From: Candidatus Kerfeldbacteria bacterium
GTDB lineage: Bacteria; Patescibacteriota; Patescibacteriia; SBBC01; CAIJZX01
DNA: 64,000 nucleotides
Assembly: GCA_016193315.1 (NCBI GenBank)
Contig: JACPSJ010000001.1
Location: forward strand, 791,478-855,477
Direction: 5' to 3'
Positions within the stretch are counted from its first letter, which is position 1. Each line of letters begins with the position of its first letter. The translations under genes and the position numbers were made by a program. Shown here piece by piece: positions 10,484-19,792 of the stretch. The notes under the pieces are model-generated. The model was not told where the DNA came from, ran no database searches, and saw only the letters and a program-made list of their open reading frames with translations.

Positions 10484-11689
10484 TCAGGTGAAGCTGCCGA
10501 TGAATTGGTAGATCGGCAAGAGAATCGACAACGCCACGATTCCCACCACCGCCCCCATGAACAGCAGCAAGGCCGGCTCCAGAAAGGTGGTCAAGTCCTT
10601 GATGGTCGTGTCGATCTCGGCATCATAGAATTCGGAAAAGGATCGGAGAACTTCCTCGGTGGTGCCCGACTTCTCGCCGGCCGCCACCAGGCTGGAAAAG
10701 AAGCGCGGGAACAGCTTCGGGTGCTCTTTGAGCGTTTGGGAGAGCGGCACGCCGTTGGCCACCCGTTCCGCCGCTTGGTCCAAGACCCGTTGATAAGTCT
10801 CGTTGCCCACGGCTTGACCGGCGAGCTGCACCGCCTCGGTGATTGACACCCCACTCCTGAGCATGCTGCCGAGGGAACGAGAGAATCTCACCAGGGCTAG
10901 TTTCTTCATAAGTTCGCGGGCCACTGGCAAGATCGAGATCAAGCGGATCAGAAACCTGCGCCCGGGACGGCGAAACTGGATGACCAACCACACTATGACC
11001 GCCAGCCCAAGCACATCCAGCAGCGGGTATTTGGTCACGGCCGTGCTGATAACCAACAACACCTTGGTCATGGCTGGCAACTCAACATTGGCCTGATAGA
11101 AAGCCTTGGTGATTCGCGGCAGGACAAAGGTCAGCAGCAACACCACCACCCCCAGCGTGCCCGCCAGCAGCAGCACCGGATACGAGAGCGCGGACTTGAT
11201 CCGATGGTTGATGAGGTGGATCTTCTCCGAGTACTGCGCTAGCTCGTCGAGCGTTTGCGCCAGCTGCCCCGACGCTTCCGCCGCTCTGAGCATCCCCACG
11301 TAGATTGGCGGGAAATAACGATGGTATCTCTGGAACGTGGTCGACAGCGGCAGGCCATTCTGAACGTTGGTCTTGGCATCCAGCAGTATGGCTCGCGCTG
11401 TCTGCTTGGTCGCGTCGGCGACCAAGATATCCAGCGATTCGGTCAGATTGACCCCGGCCTGGACAGTGGCGCCGAGGTTCCGCATCATCACGATGCGATC
11501 AATCGCGGTGAAACGCTCAAACGGGCGGACCCAAAAAGCAGGCCGCGACCCGCCAACTTCCTCGATAACCATCGGCGTCAAGTGGTGGCTCAACAGATAG
11601 CCAATCGCCTCCTGGCGATTAGCCGCGGCCAGTACTCCTTTGATCGCCTGGCCAGCCTGGTTGACTGCTTCGTAGGAGTAGGTGGCCAT
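10484..11689 (-). CDS. pilC: type IV pilus platform protein PilC/GspF
   Basis: MATYSYEA..G; two T2SSF repeats (AEASGQL..IKSALSYP; GEKSG..FLEPALL..ILLPIY). Confidence 0.93.
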   Translation of the reverse strand: MATYSYEAVNQAGQAIKGVLAAANRQEAIGYLLSHHLTPMVIEEVGGSRPAFWVRPFERFTAIDRIVMMRNLGATVQAGVNLTESLDILVADATKQTARAILLDAKTNVQNGLPLSTTFQRYHRYFPPIYVGMLRAAEASGQLAQTLDELAQYSEKIHLINHRIKSALSYPVLLLAGTLGVVVLLLTFVLPRITKAFYQANVELPAMTKVLLVISTAVTKYPLLDVLGLAVIVWLVIQFRRPGRRFLIRLISILPVARELMKKLALVRFSRSLGSMLRSGVSITEAVQLAGQAVGNETYQRVLDQAAERVANGVPLSQTLKEHPKLFPRFFSSLVAAGEKSGTTEEVLRSFSEFYDAEIDTTIKDLTTFLEPALLLFMGAVVGIVALSILLPIYQFIGSFT

Positions 11690-11691
11690 GG

Positions 11692-13404
11692 CTATTCTCG
11701 AACCACCCGGACTACCTCATCAAGTGTGGTCACGCCGCGCTCGATCTTCCGCAGCCCATCCTCGAACATAGTAACCATGCCATCCTGCATCGCCCGCTGT
11801 CTAATCTCGCTCGCCGGCGCTCGGCGGATGATCAGTTGGCGAATCGCTTCGGACACTGGCAGGACTTCGAAAATCCCGATCTGTCCTTGATAGCCGGAAT
11901 GACCGCAGACTGAACAACCAGTGCCGGCGAACAACTGGCTGGGTGGTCGAATTGCCACCGGACGACCAAACATTGACAGCTGGGCCGCCAACAAACGTTC
12001 AACTTCCGGCGTTCGTGGCAAGGTGGTGATGCACGAGCGGCAGATCTTCCGCACCAGACGTTGGGCGATGACGAGATTGACCGTTGACGAAACCAGAAAG
12101 GGCTGGGCGCTCATGTCGAGGAGCCGCGGGAATGTTGAGGGCGCATCATTGGTGTGAAGCGTAGTCAAAACCAGGTGCCCGGTCAGGGCGGCGTGAACTG
12201 AGATACCCACGGTCTCGTTATCGCGAATCTCCCCGACCATGAGGATGTCGGGGTTCTGGCGCAGGAGCGACCGCAGGCCGGTGGCAAAAGTAATGCCAGC
12301 TTTGGGGTTGACCTGGGTCTGGTTGACCCGCGCGATCTCGTACTCGATCGGATCTTCAATCGTTGTAATGTTGACCGTCGGGGTATTGAGAATATGCAGG
12401 ATGGCATAGAGCGTAGTTGTTTTCCCGGCGCCGGTCGGTCCAGTGGCCAGGATCATGCCGTGGGGCTTTTGGATTTCTTGCCGGATAGCGGCGGCTTGAT
12501 CGGGCGAGAGTCCCAGGTCCTCCAAGGTGAATGGCCGGTTCGCTGGTTTCAACAGTCGCATCTCGATTTTCTCGCCATGCAAGACCGGTAACACGCTGAC
12601 GCGAATGTCGATTTGCCCACTCCCCAAGTCAACACGAAAGCGGCCGTCTTGGGGTGTCCGGTGTTCATCGATCTGGAGGTTGGCCAAGACCTTCACCCGG
12701 GCGACCAGCGTCGGGGCGATGATTTTGTTCAGGCTAAGAATTTCATGGAGCACGCCGTCAATGCGGTAGCGCACCAGCACCTCCTGGTTCAGCGGTTCAA
12801 AGTGGATATCAGAAGCGTTGAGCACGACTGCGTTTTCGATGATGCTGTCGACGATACTGACAATCGGTACGGCCGCCGCCAGCTTTGATAGGTTGGCTTC
12901 GCCTGAGCTGGGGAGGAAGGTCTTGACTTGTTGTTGGATGACGTCATGAAACTGCTGCCCCATCGACCGCTGGTACTGGGCCAAGCCAAACCGAAGACTG
13001 CTCGGCTTGACGAGATACGGTTCCACCCAAGCATTCAGCTTGACCCGCAAGAACTCGATGGTTTCATAATCAAGCGGATCGACCATCGCCACCTTGACTA
13101 CGTGCCGTGACTGATCGGAGGAGAATGCCACCACCCCGCGGGCTTTGGCCAAAGCCTCAGGAACCAGTTCGAGCGTGGCCGCGGGGATAGTAATCGTCTT
13201 AAGATCAACAACTGGCACACCAAAATACGGCTCCAAAAGCTCAACTAGATACTCCTCAGTTATCGCCCCGCGCCCGATCAAGACCTCAGTGATCGGTTGG
13301 CCCAGCCGCTCAGACTCGGCTGCAGCCTGCTGAAACGTCTGGCGGTCAACCACCCCAGGGGCGGCGGTCAAGATGTTTTCCAGTGCCGGTCTTGAGATGT
13401 GCAC
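11692..13404 (-). CDS. pilB: type IV pilus assembly ATPase PilB/GspE
   Basis: ASDIHFEP, PQDGR, Walker A GPTGAGKTTT, TIEDPIE, LRQNPDILMVGEIRD, TGHLVLTTLHTN, tetracysteine motif. Confidence 0.96.
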   Translation of the reverse strand: MHISRPALENILTAAPGVVDRQTFQQAAAESERLGQPITEVLIGRGAITEEYLVELLEPYFGVPVVDLKTITIPAATLELVPEALAKARGVVAFSSDQSRHVVKVAMVDPLDYETIEFLRVKLNAWVEPYLVKPSSLRFGLAQYQRSMGQQFHDVIQQQVKTFLPSSGEANLSKLAAAVPIVSIVDSIIENAVVLNASDIHFEPLNQEVLVRYRIDGVLHEILSLNKIIAPTLVARVKVLANLQIDEHRTPQDGRFRVDLGSGQIDIRVSVLPVLHGEKIEMRLLKPANRPFTLEDLGLSPDQAAAIRQEIQKPHGMILATGPTGAGKTTTLYAILHILNTPTVNITTIEDPIEYEIARVNQTQVNPKAGITFATGLRSLLRQNPDILMVGEIRDNETVGISVHAALTGHLVLTTLHTNDAPSTFPRLLDMSAQPFLVSSTVNLVIAQRLVRKICRSCITTLPRTPEVERLLAAQLSMFGRPVAIRPPSQLFAGTGCSVCGHSGYQGQIGIFEVLPVSEAIRQLIIRRAPASEIRQRAMQDGMVTMFEDGLRKIERGVTTLDEVVRVVRE

Positions 13405-13410
13405 AACACC

Positions 13411-13439
13411 AGACTACCAAAAATGGCCCTAATTGTCAG
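13411..13439 (-). promoter_or_regulatory. sigma70 promoter of pilB operon (leaderless geometry)
   Basis: CTGACA-N17-TAGTCT with extended TGn; -10 ends 6 nt before the GTG start. Confidence 0.55.
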
Positions 13440-13577
13440 GGTTTCACCAGCATCAGGTCGGTCTGGCCTGTCCGCCCAACCACTGTTTGCTTACCCTGAC
13501 CGGCGCCGGAGCGGGCGCGATCAATGGAGCCGGGTGCAGCGCGATCCCGAAGAGAATACTGTTCTTGCGGCCAAGCC

Positions 13578-14157
13578 CTAGACTCGAAGCGTGCCCAGAT
13601 CAAGCATCGTTACTAGTGGATCTCCGAGAAACATGGTTATTAGGGCGGACAGCAACAACGGCTCAGCGAGCGACGTGTAGGGCTGTTTCATGACCACCAG
13701 CCTGAAGACCGAGAACATCACCACCAGCAGTAATCCCAGCGGAATGAACACTACCACCTTCGGCCAGCCAACAGCCACCGCGGTTAGCAGTCCCAACTCG
13801 AGCTCGCCGGGATGGAAGAGCCTCCGGCGATATCGATGTATCAATCTCAAGACCGCGTAGAAACCGGCGGCTACCAGGATGCTGATTAGCGGGGCTCAGT
13901 GGAGCTTCAAGCAAGTACCTGGTAAACTCGCCGTTCGACCACACATAGTATTGGGCGGCAGTCAGGACCGCCGCAAAAATGACCCGCACCGCCATCGCCG
14001 CCAGACTGAGTCGACCGAGTATGGTGGGCAATGACAGCTGCCGGCGGGCGTAGAACAAGAACACCGCGGCCGCCAACAAGACTCCTAGCACGAGTTGAAG
14101 CAACCACGCTAAATCTGGAAGGCGAGCCCCGGCCGGAATCACTTCAGATAACGACAC
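13578..14157 (-). pseudogene. frameshifted multi-TM protein resembling a degenerate prepilin-peptidase (A24-like) fold
   Basis: Hydrophobic N-half (..QYYVW..LLEAPLSP) continues only in the +1 frame from ~13890 (LISILVAAGFYAVLRLI..FHPGELELG..VGWP..SLAEPLLLSAL). Confidence 0.6.
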
Positions 14158-14276
14158 CGATGAATTGTATCAAGAACCACTCTGACTGTCAGCGCTCTGC
14201 CGAATGCGCCCAGTCCAACAACCGAAAGCAGCTTCCGCGATCAGAAGCTGCTTTGACTGCTGACAATTCCCAGCGA

Positions 14277-15104
14277 CTAGTAATTGGTGTCGTTGCCCAT
14301 CAGGCGGACACTGGTCCCAACCTCATACAGCGTGCCCTGATCACCGCCGTCCTTAGCTGCTTTGTCATCCGCGCCATTCGGCCCAAACTCGGCACTCTCC
14401 AACCGCGCATTGAGCTCAAAGACGTTCTGTGGTTCGAGTGGGGGGGTGTCTGTAACTTTCTGACAGGCGTAACGATAGACATAGTCCGTATTCGCCGGTG
14501 CGGTCACGTTGGCCACTGTATTGGTCGGATCAACAGGTAGACTCGAGAGCGGTGAACCGCCAGTGATAGTGGTCAAGTCAACCGGAATCCAGCCGCTCCC
14601 ATCAACCTTGGCGTTGTTAGCCAACGCCACGGCGGTGCATGAATCTCCGGCCGCACCCGTCCCGCCAAAGGAGGATCCGCCCTCCACATCATCCCCTTCA
14701 GGGACGTTTGCTGTGCAGTCGGGCTCGGTCCCGGTGTGCGGCAGACTGTAGTAGATTACGGCACTGGTAACATCCCCCGGTAAAGTACTATCGTAACCGA
14801 GACAATTGGCTGTCGGTCCGAGCGACGGGTCGGTGACAGTGGTAGCGTAGATCGCCAGCACTGTCTTCAGCGTGGTCAAATCAGAAATTCGCTGCGAATC
14901 TCTCGATTTCTTCAGGGTTTCGGAAGGGTTCAGCACCAGGATCAGAACCACGGCTAGGACCGCCATTACCGCCACCACCAGCAGCAATTCAAGCAAGGTG
15001 AAACCGCCGCGATTGCGGCTGGTCGGGCTAACTTCGACCGTCGGTGGGGTAAGCGACGATCTCCTAAATGTTGATATCCGCCCCAGCAATTGTCTCAAAA
15101 CCAT
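14277..15104 (-). CDS. type IV pilin, probable major pilin
   Basis: RGG|FTLLELLLVVAVMAVL..LNP..KSRDSQRISDL..LPVDP; has its own strong promoter. Confidence 0.88.
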   Translation of the reverse strand: MVLRQLLGRISTFRRSSLTPPTVEVSPTSRNRGGFTLLELLLVVAVMAVLAVVLILVLNPSETLKKSRDSQRISDLTTLKTVLAIYATTVTDPSLGPTANCLGYDSTLPGDVTSAVIYYSLPHTGTEPDCTANVPEGDDVEGGSSFGGTGAAGDSCTAVALANNAKVDGSGWIPVDLTTITGGSPLSSLPVDPTNTVANVTAPANTDYVYRYACQKVTDTPPLEPQNVFELNARLESAEFGPNGADDKAAKDGGDQGTLYEVGTSVRLMGNDTNY

Positions 15105-15154
15105 AGGGGTCGTAGTTTTAGTTTGTGCTCGTAAGTTTAGCTATACTTATACAC

Positions 15155-15183
15155 AGCATACCACAATTCCGTGCGCAATTCAA
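15155..15183 (-). promoter_or_regulatory. sigma70 promoter of pilin gene
   Basis: TTGAAT-N17-TATGCT with extended TGn. Confidence 0.6.
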
Positions 15184-15211
15184 GAGCGAACGGGTAACCT
15201 TGACTGTCGTC

Positions 15212-15592
15212 CTAGGACTCAGATTGGGAGTAACTGCTGACCAGCCCGACCACATCGTGGAGTCTGACATTCGCCTTGATGATATAATCAGTCGCACCCA
15301 GCGCCATACCGCGATCGATTTCCTGCGATTGGCCAAGATTACTCATGATCACCACCGGGGTTTCCCGCCACCGCTCATTCGCCCGAATAGCGGCCAGCAC
15401 GTCAAAACCGCTGACTCCAGGCAACATCAAGTCAAGGAGCACCGCCTGCGGTGGGTCACCTGATAGCAAGTCCATCGCCTGACTACCATTCTCAGCGACC
15501 GCCACGTCATAGCCCTCTGCTCCAAACTTAAGCCGCAGGGCCTTGGCTAGAAACTGGTCGTCTTCGACCACCAGGACTTTCTTTCGAACCAT
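15212..15592 (-). CDS. stand-alone response regulator receiver (CheY-like)
   Basis: KVLVVEDD, LLDLMLP phospho-Asp, IMSNL, GATDYIIK. Confidence 0.93.
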   Translation of the reverse strand: MVRKKVLVVEDDQFLAKALRLKFGAEGYDVAVAENGSQAMDLLSGDPPQAVLLDLMLPGVSGFDVLAAIRANERWRETPVVIMSNLGQSQEIDRGMALGATDYIIKANVRLHDVVGLVSSYSQSES

Positions 15593-15597
15593 AACGT

Positions 15598-17472
15598 TCA
15601 GAGGGAATGTGAGGCTCGTGATTCGCCGTGCTCAAATAGGATATCTGCAGTATACCACGGGGCTGGTTGCCTGTTGAACCGTATCGGCTGCCCTTGGGCG
15701 GCTAATCTTGGATACAAAAAGAGCGAGACCTGGGTTGGTCTCGCTCGGGAAGAGGTTGAAAGAGCTGCCGTGCGGATGACTTTCATCCGCACCTTGATCG
15801 TCCCGCTCAGTCGAAAGTGCGGCGCTGCCCCGGGCCGGTCTTCGAGCTGCGGAACGTTGAGCCCGAAGTAGAGTTCCTTGCCCGACGGGTGGGCCGGTTT
15901 GAAAGTCCAGCCAGCGTACCCGACGTACATCGGGTCCGCCGAAAGCCCGTGTCTGAGAAGCAGGGCTCCGGCTGGCAGAGAAGCGCGGATACAGTTGGAG
16001 GCAAACCAGGCGTTGCTATTCTCGGGGGTCACCCGGCAATGCCTTACCGGGTCGATGATGCCGCCAGTGGAAACCTCACCTGGAGCGCCATGCCGGTCGT
16101 AACTGGTGTAGGTGCTGTCCGTCACCAGCCCGGAGACGTACTGGCCGGGTTGCAGGATGACGTGGCTTCGGTACCAACCGATGCCAGCCGGCATCTCCAC
16201 TTCCACCCAGCCGCCGGGGAGGCGACGGATGGGCAGCGGCTCCTGGGGCTCGGGGATGTAGCCGTCCCCGATCTTGCGAGGATTCGGCAACAGTTCGAAC
16301 CCGACCGCCTTGTCCACCGCCGCATTCAGATCATGAACGGGTGCCGTAGTGATTTTCGACCCCCACTCATAATGCTGAACCATCAGCCAGAACAGAGCGA
16401 TGACCAGGGCTAGCAACGCGACCCCGAACAACGTCTGTCCCCACGTCCGGCGACGGTAGTCGCGGATGGGGGGGAACTGGTAGGCCATTCTCCCCGCACC
16501 CGCCGCTGGCTGGCGCGAAAGACGTGCCAGATGGATCGTCCACCACAGCTGGACCACGAAAATCACTGTGGCCAGAGAGCGGATGACCCACGTCAGCCAA
16601 CTGTGAACCTTGGCCGGATCACTGGGCCAGAGCGCATCCTTGAACTCCGGCCACATCAGCCAGAGGGTGATGTCGCCGATCGTGAAGGCAGTGGCCCAGT
16701 TGGTCCACCACCAGAACGGTCCCCGTGCCGGACCCGGCCGGTAGGACACGTGGGTCCAGAACAGCACCGGGATGAGCAGCGCCGCCACGTACTTCATTGG
16801 CGGATGGTTGTGGAATGGCGCCAGAGCGTACCAGAAGGCTCCGATGGAGAAGAACATCGCGATGCGCGCCACGATCTTCCACCATCCGTCGAGCCACTGA
16901 AGGCCGGTCTTCCCGCCGGATAGCAGGAACGACGGAAGGGACCTCAGGTACCCCCACGACAGTTCCTTTTCCCCGATCGCGGTTAAAGCCCCAGCGCCAG
17001 CCCCGACAGCCGCAACCAACGGCGCCAGCTTGGCCCACCCGAACATCGCCAAGAGCGACACCGCCACCAGATCCCACATCATCCACCAGGCCCGGTCGTC
17101 GATCTGGTTGAACCTCGTGATCCACATGATACCGGCCATGCCCAGTCCCAGTAGCAGGACCAGGCCCCAGATCACGCACCGTCGCAGGAGGATGTACGAC
17201 CGCATCGACCAGTCGTAGACCCGAGCGGCGATCTGCTCGCCATACTGCATCCGCGCATAGTGGTAGAACTCGGTGATCAGGTCTCGCCCCTCGCGGGTCA
17301 AGACCAACGGGATCAGCGCGACGGCGCCGACTCCGTATGGCGCCAACTTCTTGATTGCCGCGATGACCTCATCCTTGATTTCATCGAAGAAGGCCCAGAA
17401 GCCGGTGGCCGTCCTGGCCGCCGTCCCTTCGGGCTGGTTACCCTGCGGGGTCCTCGGATTCTGATCAGCCAT
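15598..17472 (-). CDS. hypothetical polytopic membrane protein with C-terminal beta-sandwich (LecA/PA-IL-like pattern)
   Basis: About 9-10 hydrophobic segments, then W.RS..ILQPGQ.V..GALLLR.G..PMYVG..ELYFGLN..SGTIKV. Confidence 0.65.
   Translation of the reverse strand: MADQNPRTPQGNQPEGTAARTATGFWAFFDEIKDEVIAAIKKLAPYGVGAVALIPLVLTREGRDLITEFYHYARMQYGEQIAARVYDWSMRSYILLRRCVIWGLVLLLGLGMAGIMWITRFNQIDDRAWWMMWDLVAVSLLAMFGWAKLAPLVAAVGAGAGALTAIGEKELSWGYLRSLPSFLLSGGKTGLQWLDGWWKIVARIAMFFSIGAFWYALAPFHNHPPMKYVAALLIPVLFWTHVSYRPGPARGPFWWWTNWATAFTIGDITLWLMWPEFKDALWPSDPAKVHSWLTWVIRSLATVIFVVQLWWTIHLARLSRQPAAGAGRMAYQFPPIRDYRRRTWGQTLFGVALLALVIALFWLMVQHYEWGSKITTAPVHDLNAAVDKAVGFELLPNPRKIGDGYIPEPQEPLPIRRLPGGWVEVEMPAGIGWYRSHVILQPGQYVSGLVTDSTYTSYDRHGAPGEVSTGGIIDPVRHCRVTPENSNAWFASNCIRASLPAGALLLRHGLSADPMYVGYAGWTFKPAHPSGKELYFGLNVPQLEDRPGAAPHFRLSGTIKVRMKVIRTAALSTSSRARPTQVSLFLYPRLAAQGQPIRFNRQPAPWYTADILFEHGESRASHSL
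15716..15746 (-). terminator. intrinsic terminator
   Basis: GAGCGAGACC-AACCCA-GGTCTCGCTC-TTTTT: perfect 10-bp stem plus U-tract. Confidence 0.75.
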
Positions 17473-18793
17473 TGACAGTTCTCCTTCCGCGCACGATCAG
17501 TGCCGCGGTGATGACGAGGGCCGCCGTCAGTACGACCCCGCCGATCCACCAGTAGTTTCCGCGAAGGATCTCCTGAATCGCCAGGGTTCCAACCGCGAAC
17601 GACCCGGCCGCGACGACTGCCAGGAACACCATCCATTGGTGCTTCCGAGAGCTCGACCGCTCGTGAGCGAGTCGAAGCGGGTCGTCCGGCTTGAGAAGGT
17701 TGCGACGATGCGGGTACTTCTTGAGGTTGGCCGGACTGAAGAACTCGACTTTCCAGTTCGGCCGGTCCAGGTAGCCCGGATCGAGCTCTTCGTTCCTCTC
17801 GGCCAGCCAATCCGTCATCTCGCCCACGGGATCGGAGAAATACTTCCTCCAAAGCACCCGCAGCTGCCGACGCTGACGACGAGTCAGCGGGAATCGCCAC
17901 TCATTCATGCTGTTGACTGCGCGCAAGAACGTCAAGCGCTCGTCCGTCTGCTCGGATGGATCGGTCTGTCCAGTCTCCGCCAGGCGGTTGGTAGGTTCGG
18001 GATCCGGATGACGAATCTCAACGACTTCGCCGCTGGCGTTGACCACCTGCGTCTCCGGCGCAAGTACTTCCTCGGCCGGCCTGATTCCCTGGGTCAGTCG
18101 GGGAGAACCGGGGTCGAGAAGCAGAAGCCGTCCCATCTCCCCGGCCTCGTTGACGGCCCGGAGCGCGGGTTGGAGTTCGTGACGGACACGCTGAGGCAGG
18201 CCCATCCACCACTGACTGAAGTCGATCATCGCTTCCGGCCCGAGCTCGGTCGTGGCCTTGGCCACTAGGAATCCTTGCCGGAATTCGAGGAAGTCCTTGA
18301 CGAATCCGCCCCGCATCCAGTTGCGGAACGTGTTCATCCCCTCTCTCAGGTACCTGTTCAGCCGACCCGCAATCCGCTCGAAGTCTCCTGGTTGCGGTCC
18401 GGGGTAGCCCGCCGGGAAAACGCTGTCCGGCTGCTCCTCGAAATACTCCCGCAGGGTGAACGGCAGGTCCTCCATGAGCGTGGTGACGCCTTCGTTCGTG
18501 ACGTGACCGATGGCGCCTGTCCGGGCGGCCAGCCAGTCGGCAAAGAATTCCGCCGCCGTCAGGCCCCCAAGCATCAAGTTCCGGAACGTCTCGGCGCGGT
18601 CGGGCTCGCGCTTGTGGTACCAGACCGCTGCCAGCCAGGCTGGCTCGTCAGTCTGACGTAGAAGGTCGAGCCGCCGGCGTAGGAACCGCTTAAACGGCCG
18701 CCGGATGATGTTGCCGGTGATGACCTCGAAGCCTTCGAGGAAACCTTTTTCTCCCCTAGCTTCAGCCACTTTCTTGCTCCTTTCACGCGACAC
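17465..18793 (-). CDS. hypothetical protein with two C-terminal TM helices
   Basis: 442-aa ORF with GC-rich third positions, overlapping the next gene by 8 nt; no motif recognised. Confidence 0.65.
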   Translation of the reverse strand: MSRERSKKVAEARGEKGFLEGFEVITGNIIRRPFKRFLRRRLDLLRQTDEPAWLAAVWYHKREPDRAETFRNLMLGGLTAAEFFADWLAARTGAIGHVTNEGVTTLMEDLPFTLREYFEEQPDSVFPAGYPGPQPGDFERIAGRLNRYLREGMNTFRNWMRGGFVKDFLEFRQGFLVAKATTELGPEAMIDFSQWWMGLPQRVRHELQPALRAVNEAGEMGRLLLLDPGSPRLTQGIRPAEEVLAPETQVVNASGEVVEIRHPDPEPTNRLAETGQTDPSEQTDERLTFLRAVNSMNEWRFPLTRRQRRQLRVLWRKYFSDPVGEMTDWLAERNEELDPGYLDRPNWKVEFFSPANLKKYPHRRNLLKPDDPLRLAHERSSSRKHQWMVFLAVVAAGSFAVGTLAIQEILRGNYWWIGGVVLTAALVITAALIVRGRRTVNG

Positions 18794-18937
18794 CCGAATG
18801 ATCGGGTCGCAGTTGTGCGTGATCGATACAGCTCAGCGCCTTAGGTCGGCGCGTTTCTTCGATATTACTTCAATTGTCAAGTTGCGCTCGGAAACAACTA
18901 ATTCCAGATCGCAGTGACCCCTGACGCTAGCACAAAC

Positions 18938-19792
18938 TTACGTTTTTGTCAAGCGCCAATTTCCGCGTCCGTCAGTTTCAAATTCCAACGTCCCTTCCAA
19001 ATCCGTCCGGTGGACCTCAACCCGGAAGTATTCCAGCCGTCTTAGGGTCGTCGGATGCGGATGGTGATAGCGGTTTCTTGACCCAACCGAAATCACTGCT
19101 ATCCTCGGCTGCACTGCCCGCAACCAACTGTGGCTGGTCGAAAACCGCGATCCGTGATGACCGACTTTCAACAGCGACGCTCGCACGTTAACCCCGCTGG
19201 CGGTAATCCGTTCCTCGACCTCACTCGACGCGTCGCCGACCATCACCGTAGTACTGCCAGCACAGGTCAAACTAATACCAACTGACCACTCATTGGTCGC
19301 GGTGGTACGTGAATTCCGTACGGCGTCCAGAAACGGCCACAGTATTTCCAGTTTTAGGTACGAACCGAGCTGGAATTGTTCGCCTTGCTGTACAACGCGC
19401 TCGTCTACGCTTCGTTCCGCGAGCACTTTCCGCCAGGCGTGCCAGGTGGCAGTGTCGGTGCTGACGCCGGACGTCAAGAGGGTCATAATCTCAAACCGTT
19501 TTGCCACCGACACCAGGCCGGTCAGGTGATCGCTGTCAGGATGGGTCAGCACTATCAGTTCCAGGTTTCGGTTCCCCGAACCGAGGTAGTGGGGCAAGAG
19601 TTCGACAATCTTTGACGATGGTCCGCCATCAACGAGCATGTCTTGATGATCAGGTGTCTGAATGAGGATGGCGTCACCCTGGCCGACATCAAGAATGGTT
19701 AATCGACAAGCCGGACTGACATCAGTCGGCCAAAACTGAACCGCCAGCCACAGCCCGAAAACCAGACTAAGCCAGAGGACTTTCAGTCGCAT
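18938..19792 (-). CDS. ComEC-type metallo-beta-lactamase-fold protein
   Basis: LDVGQGDAILI, VDGG, THPDSDHLTG, LKVGHHGS, ISVG..NRYHHP, RTDLEG. Confidence 0.92.
   Translation of the reverse strand: MRLKVLWLSLVFGLWLAVQFWPTDVSPACRLTILDVGQGDAILIQTPDHQDMLVDGGPSSKIVELLPHYLGSGNRNLELIVLTHPDSDHLTGLVSVAKRFEIMTLLTSGVSTDTATWHAWRKVLAERSVDERVVQQGEQFQLGSYLKLEILWPFLDAVRNSRTTATNEWSVGISLTCAGSTTVMVGDASSEVEERITASGVNVRASLLKVGHHGSRFSTSHSWLRAVQPRIAVISVGSRNRYHHPHPTTLRRLEYFRVEVHRTDLEGTLEFETDGRGNWRLTKT

Noticed and set aside
13440-13577. Possible structured RNA or decayed palindrome upstream of pilB
   Set aside because: Only short, weak complementarities; no match to the repeat family ends.
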